Origin: Calditrichales bacterium
GTDB taxonomy: Bacteria; Calditrichota; Calditrichia; Calditrichales; J004
Length of the DNA: 64,000 nt
Assembly (NCBI GenBank): GCA_965267575.1
Contig: OZ254086.1
Coordinates: forward strand, 4,064,001 to 4,128,000
Direction of reading: 5' to 3'
Shown: positions 62,701-64,000 of the stretch, one piece after another
Layout of the letters: the number at the start of each line of letters is the position of its first letter
How positions within the stretch are numbered: the first letter of the stretch is position 1
Made by a program: the position numbers and the translations under genes
Notes under the pieces: model-generated
What the model was told of the DNA's origin: nothing
Database searches by the model: none
What the model saw: the letters and a program-made list of their open reading frames with translations, nothing else

Positions 62701-64000
62701 GGACGCGGAGAAGTCGCTCAGGGAGCCTGCCACATGGCTGCTGTTTGCCGACAAGCACAACATGGGCAAATCTATGGCAGAGCGGCTGACGCAATACAAT
62801 CAGAATGTTATTACGGTACGGCCCGGCGATCAGTTTGCGCGCATAGATGAAAACCTGTATAGCGTGCGTCCACAGGAACGCGAAGATTATGATGCGCTTC
62901 TTAGTGCCCTTGCGGAAGCAGAGCAACCGGCGCCCGGTTATGTGATCTCATTGTGGCCGCTCGAGGCCGGCAACAACCTGGAAATTGATCCGGAGAAACT
63001 GGCCGCGGAGCACGAAAAGATCATTCTCCCTTCCCTTTATTTACTGCAGGCTGTAAAACAGGCCTCTTTCAAAAAAGCAACGACCGTCTCGTTTGTTACG
63101 GAAAAAGCACTTGTCCTGGAAGGCGACGATTTTGCCCCCGGAGCGTTGCAATCCACCCACTGGGGTTTCGGACGTGTGGCCGCTTCTGAAAGCCAGGGTC
63201 AGCGGATTCTGAAAATTGATTTTTCTGGCAGTGAAGATGATGCGGAAGAAAAGCTTATTGCTGAATTAAGCAGCGCCGACCGCGAAGACCAGGTGGCCTA
63301 CCGTGGCGAAAAACGTTATTGCGCCCGCCTGCAACGGGCGGCCGACGCACTGAGCACGGAAGAAGAAGCCGGCGCCACCATGGAGCTGCCGGATGAGCCA
63401 CACCATCTGCAAATTACACAACCCGGCGTGCTGGCGGGATTGCGCTATCAAAAAGTAGAACGCCCGCAACCCGCAAAAGGCGAAATCGAGATCGAGGTGC
63501 ATGCTTCAGGCCTCAATTTCCGCGATGTACTGATGGCCCTTGGGCTTTACCCGGGCGGGCCCATTCCGCTGGGTTCCGAATGCTCCGGTACGGTAACACG
63601 CGTCGGTGAAGGCGTAAGCGCTTTGAAAGCCGGCGACGAGGTGATGGCCATTGCGCCGCATACCTTTGGAAAATACGCGCTGACCGTAGCCGATCTGGCT
63701 GTAAAAAAACCGGCCAATATCAGCTTTGATGAAGCTGCCACGATCCCAATCACCTACTTGACGGCATGGTATGCCCTTGTCTACCTGGGCCGTCTGCGCA
63801 AAGGCGAACGTGTTCTTGTTCACGCCGGCGCCGGTGGTGTAGGACAGGCGGCCATACGCATTGCCCAGATGACTGGTGCCGAGGTGCTGGCCACGGCAGG
63901 CAGTGCAGAAAAGCACGCTTTTCTGCATGATATGGGTGTAAAGCATGTATTCAGTTCGCGCTCCCTGGACTTTGCGGATGATGTGATGGCCGCGACCAAC
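56789..64000 (+). CDS. Type I polyketide synthase, partial: FAAL-ACP-KS-AT-DH-(KR structural)-ER..., continues beyond the window
   Basis: Not in the ORF track because no stop occurs. All motifs are in frame with ATG 56789: FLQYTSGSTG.PKG (~57413), YGLDS (58871), DTACSSS (59555), HGTGT, GHSVG (60923), YAFHS (61229), HKIQESIVFP and LDSCLQ (DH), HAGAGGVGQ (63821). Confidence 0.93.
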   Translation, partial: MATTKDYNSPGFRPTTLVDLLRWRATTQPEQRAFTFLVDGNKKEVRLTYADLDKKARAFAAMLQSKGLAGERALLLYPPGIDYIIAFFGCLYAGVIAVPAYPPDPNRLNRTLPRLQAIVKDAQSIAALTNDTIMYMIKILKLGSKFSDTMERMPVLRKFRTTMNYFSKQTTGIAQADLGTLLWISSDDVVDSLADAWKEPKIGPDSIAFLQYTSGSTGVPKGVMLTHENLLVNSAHIYSAFGYSKNTEGVIWLPIYHDMGLIGGVLQPIYGGMPTTLISPVHFLQRPLRWLEAISRIEGKEIVSGGPNFAYDLCVKKVTPQHLETLDLSNWKVAFSGAEPVRQETIDRFYNTFKDNGFKKSSFLSCYGLAEATLYVTGVSTDIDPPEIFLNRKELQKGKAVEVDQEHPEAKGMVSCGHPPEDQVVAIVNPETFERVKGNDSGEIWVMGPNVAKGYWNREDATKETFQAYIKETNEGPFLRTGDLGYIKDGELFITGRVKDLIIIRGRNYYPQDIEFLVENAHEAIRPGCTAAFSVEEDSEEKLVIVAELRQHKNLPFEEIVAMIRQIITETNDIRVHAIVLIKPRTISKTSSGKIQRHAVKNEYEDGTLKVVHDWKSTATISEASLIEQQVEDEEPEKVSEADYDQDYDESDEDDLPASKGETAMEVERWLIAHLAEALAVDKKEIDIRKPFVSYGLDSAQAIGLVGDLEEHIGRPLSPTIIWDYPNIEKLSLYIEGEGRIRPVKRRTKTAASDNEPIAIIGYSLRMPQARNAEEFWQNLVDGKDCISEVPPTRWNADDFYDPNPGTPAKMITRWGGFLDDVDQFDPQFFGISPREAPHMDPQQRMLLEVSFEALENAGLNMQGVSGSNTGVFIAISGNDYLRLQIGDFKKLDAYSGTGNAFSIAANRLSYIYDFKGPSFIVDTACSSSLVAVHNAVTSLRRGECEMALAGGVNLILAPDVTITFSQARMMSPNGRCKTFDADADGYVRGDGVGVVVLKRLSDALQDGDNIRAVIRGSAINQDGRSNGITAPNGLMQQACIRAALEDANVKPADVGYFETHGTGTSLGDPIETEAMRAVMTEGREEGDQLIIGSVKTNIGHLESAAGISGLLKAIMTLENGQIPKHLHFKTLNPHIKLDEKYIKIATETMPWPTSGKKRIAGVSAYGFGGTNAHIVLEEAPESNRVTERTNTVSGHAHILVMSAHSPEALKEMAAGYHKELSKEKYESDRLYTDFVYSAAVHRGHFDFSATVIATDRKDMLEKLENFATEPPVAGVVKDTAEANPAAKTVFVFSGQGPQWYAMGRQLYKTQPVYRQTVDQIDRMLKEHAPWSLLEELEKPEEASRVSETEIAQPAIFALQVALARLWESWGVRPAAVVGHSVGEIAAAHISGMLTLKDAVKVIYHRGRLMQRATGFGKMASLDLPLDKAKEAIAGHTDKLGIAAHNSPENTVISGEEEALKEVVTKLEKDGVYCKIMRVNYAFHSPHMEPFKQELIDALEGIKPYKARIPIYSTLHGEQAKDNDYDPVYWSNNIREKVSFAEAALKIIEEGYTQFVEIAPHSVLAGSVSQCLRSARKQGLIVNSLKRQEDEQMTMLLAAGALFCRGHQIYWKKIFPAGARFTPLPLYPWQHERYWFDLKGNDPRNAPIFRRSTVHDENGHPLVGSAKEAPLTPGKRFYETVIDTDRLPYLKDHKIQESIVFPATGYIEMALAASGNNGAPLELSDLNFFRAMFLNNDKETPVQVVYSPTTNHSATVQVFSLADSADARSSRSWQMNSMGFLRLLDGENLAETGDKLDDIRKRCNSEMPVNTFFDKMREKGLQYGPSFQGVRAIWQGHKEALAQIRIADELKDQVKEYRLHPALLDSCLQVLSASFRGDEMDSDNSTFMPVSIGRMRLLENSADEVWCHAKLHPNENGRQDSISGDILLYTPDGKVLAELSALKLQRLGQQQQESLGEMLYKVEWQEEPLGTDAEKSLREPATWLLFADKHNMGKSMAERLTQYNQNVITVRPGDQFARIDENLYSVRPQEREDYDALLSALAEAEQPAPGYVISLWPLEAGNNLEIDPEKLAAEHEKIILPSLYLLQAVKQASFKKATTVSFVTEKALVLEGDDFAPGALQSTHWGFGRVAASESQGQRILKIDFSGSEDDAEEKLIAELSSADREDQVAYRGEKRYCARLQRAADALSTEEEAGATMELPDEPHHLQITQPGVLAGLRYQKVERPQPAKGEIEIEVHASGLNFRDVLMALGLYPGGPIPLGSECSGTVTRVGEGVSALKAGDEVMAIAPHTFGKYALTVADLAVKKPANISFDEAATIPITYLTAWYALVYLGRLRKGERVLVHAGAGGVGQAAIRIAQMTGAEVLATAGSAEKHAFLHDMGVKHVFSSRSLDFADDVMAATN

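Noticed and set aside
1..64000. rRNA, tRNA, transposase, prophage genes
   Set aside because: None recognised by eye; a tRNAscan/Rfam run would be needed to exclude small RNAs

Overview
The window looks like chromosomal DNA from an FCB-group bacterium, probably Calditrichota- or Ignavibacteria-like. That placement is inferred from gene content and the 'NYPNPFN'-type T9SS/Por C-terminal domains. Most of it is housekeeping: fpg, rfbB, an Omp85 gene with a BamB-like neighbour, the DUF3467-yggS-divIVA-PNP-ileS-dksA-lspA-rluD cluster, dnaG-murB, mutS2-polA, rpsU, efp and ppdK. Several features are missing from the supplied ORF track. (1) A type I PKS of more than 2400 aa (FAAL-ACP-KS-AT-DH-ER...) starts at 56789 and runs off the window end. 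(2) Two decayed toxin-antitoxin modules sit inside a mosaic of REP-like hairpin repeats at 1.3-2.7 kb. (3) Several families of REP-like and 8-mer intergenic repeats occur across the window. The best candidates for new biology are two. One is a tandem array of three lipoprotein paralogues showing precise internal cassette replacement, each preceded by a REP hairpin, with the block bracketed by inverted 8-mer arrays. The other is a translationally coupled asparaginase - Zn-deacetylase - GNAT-like protein - efp operon that could be a reversible EF-P (or lysine) acylation system. A MurB with an altered active site and a metalloprotease-fused Omp85 are also notable. No rRNA, tRNA, CRISPR array, transposase, integrase or reverse transcriptase was recognised. 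All calls come from reading motifs by eye; no database search was run.
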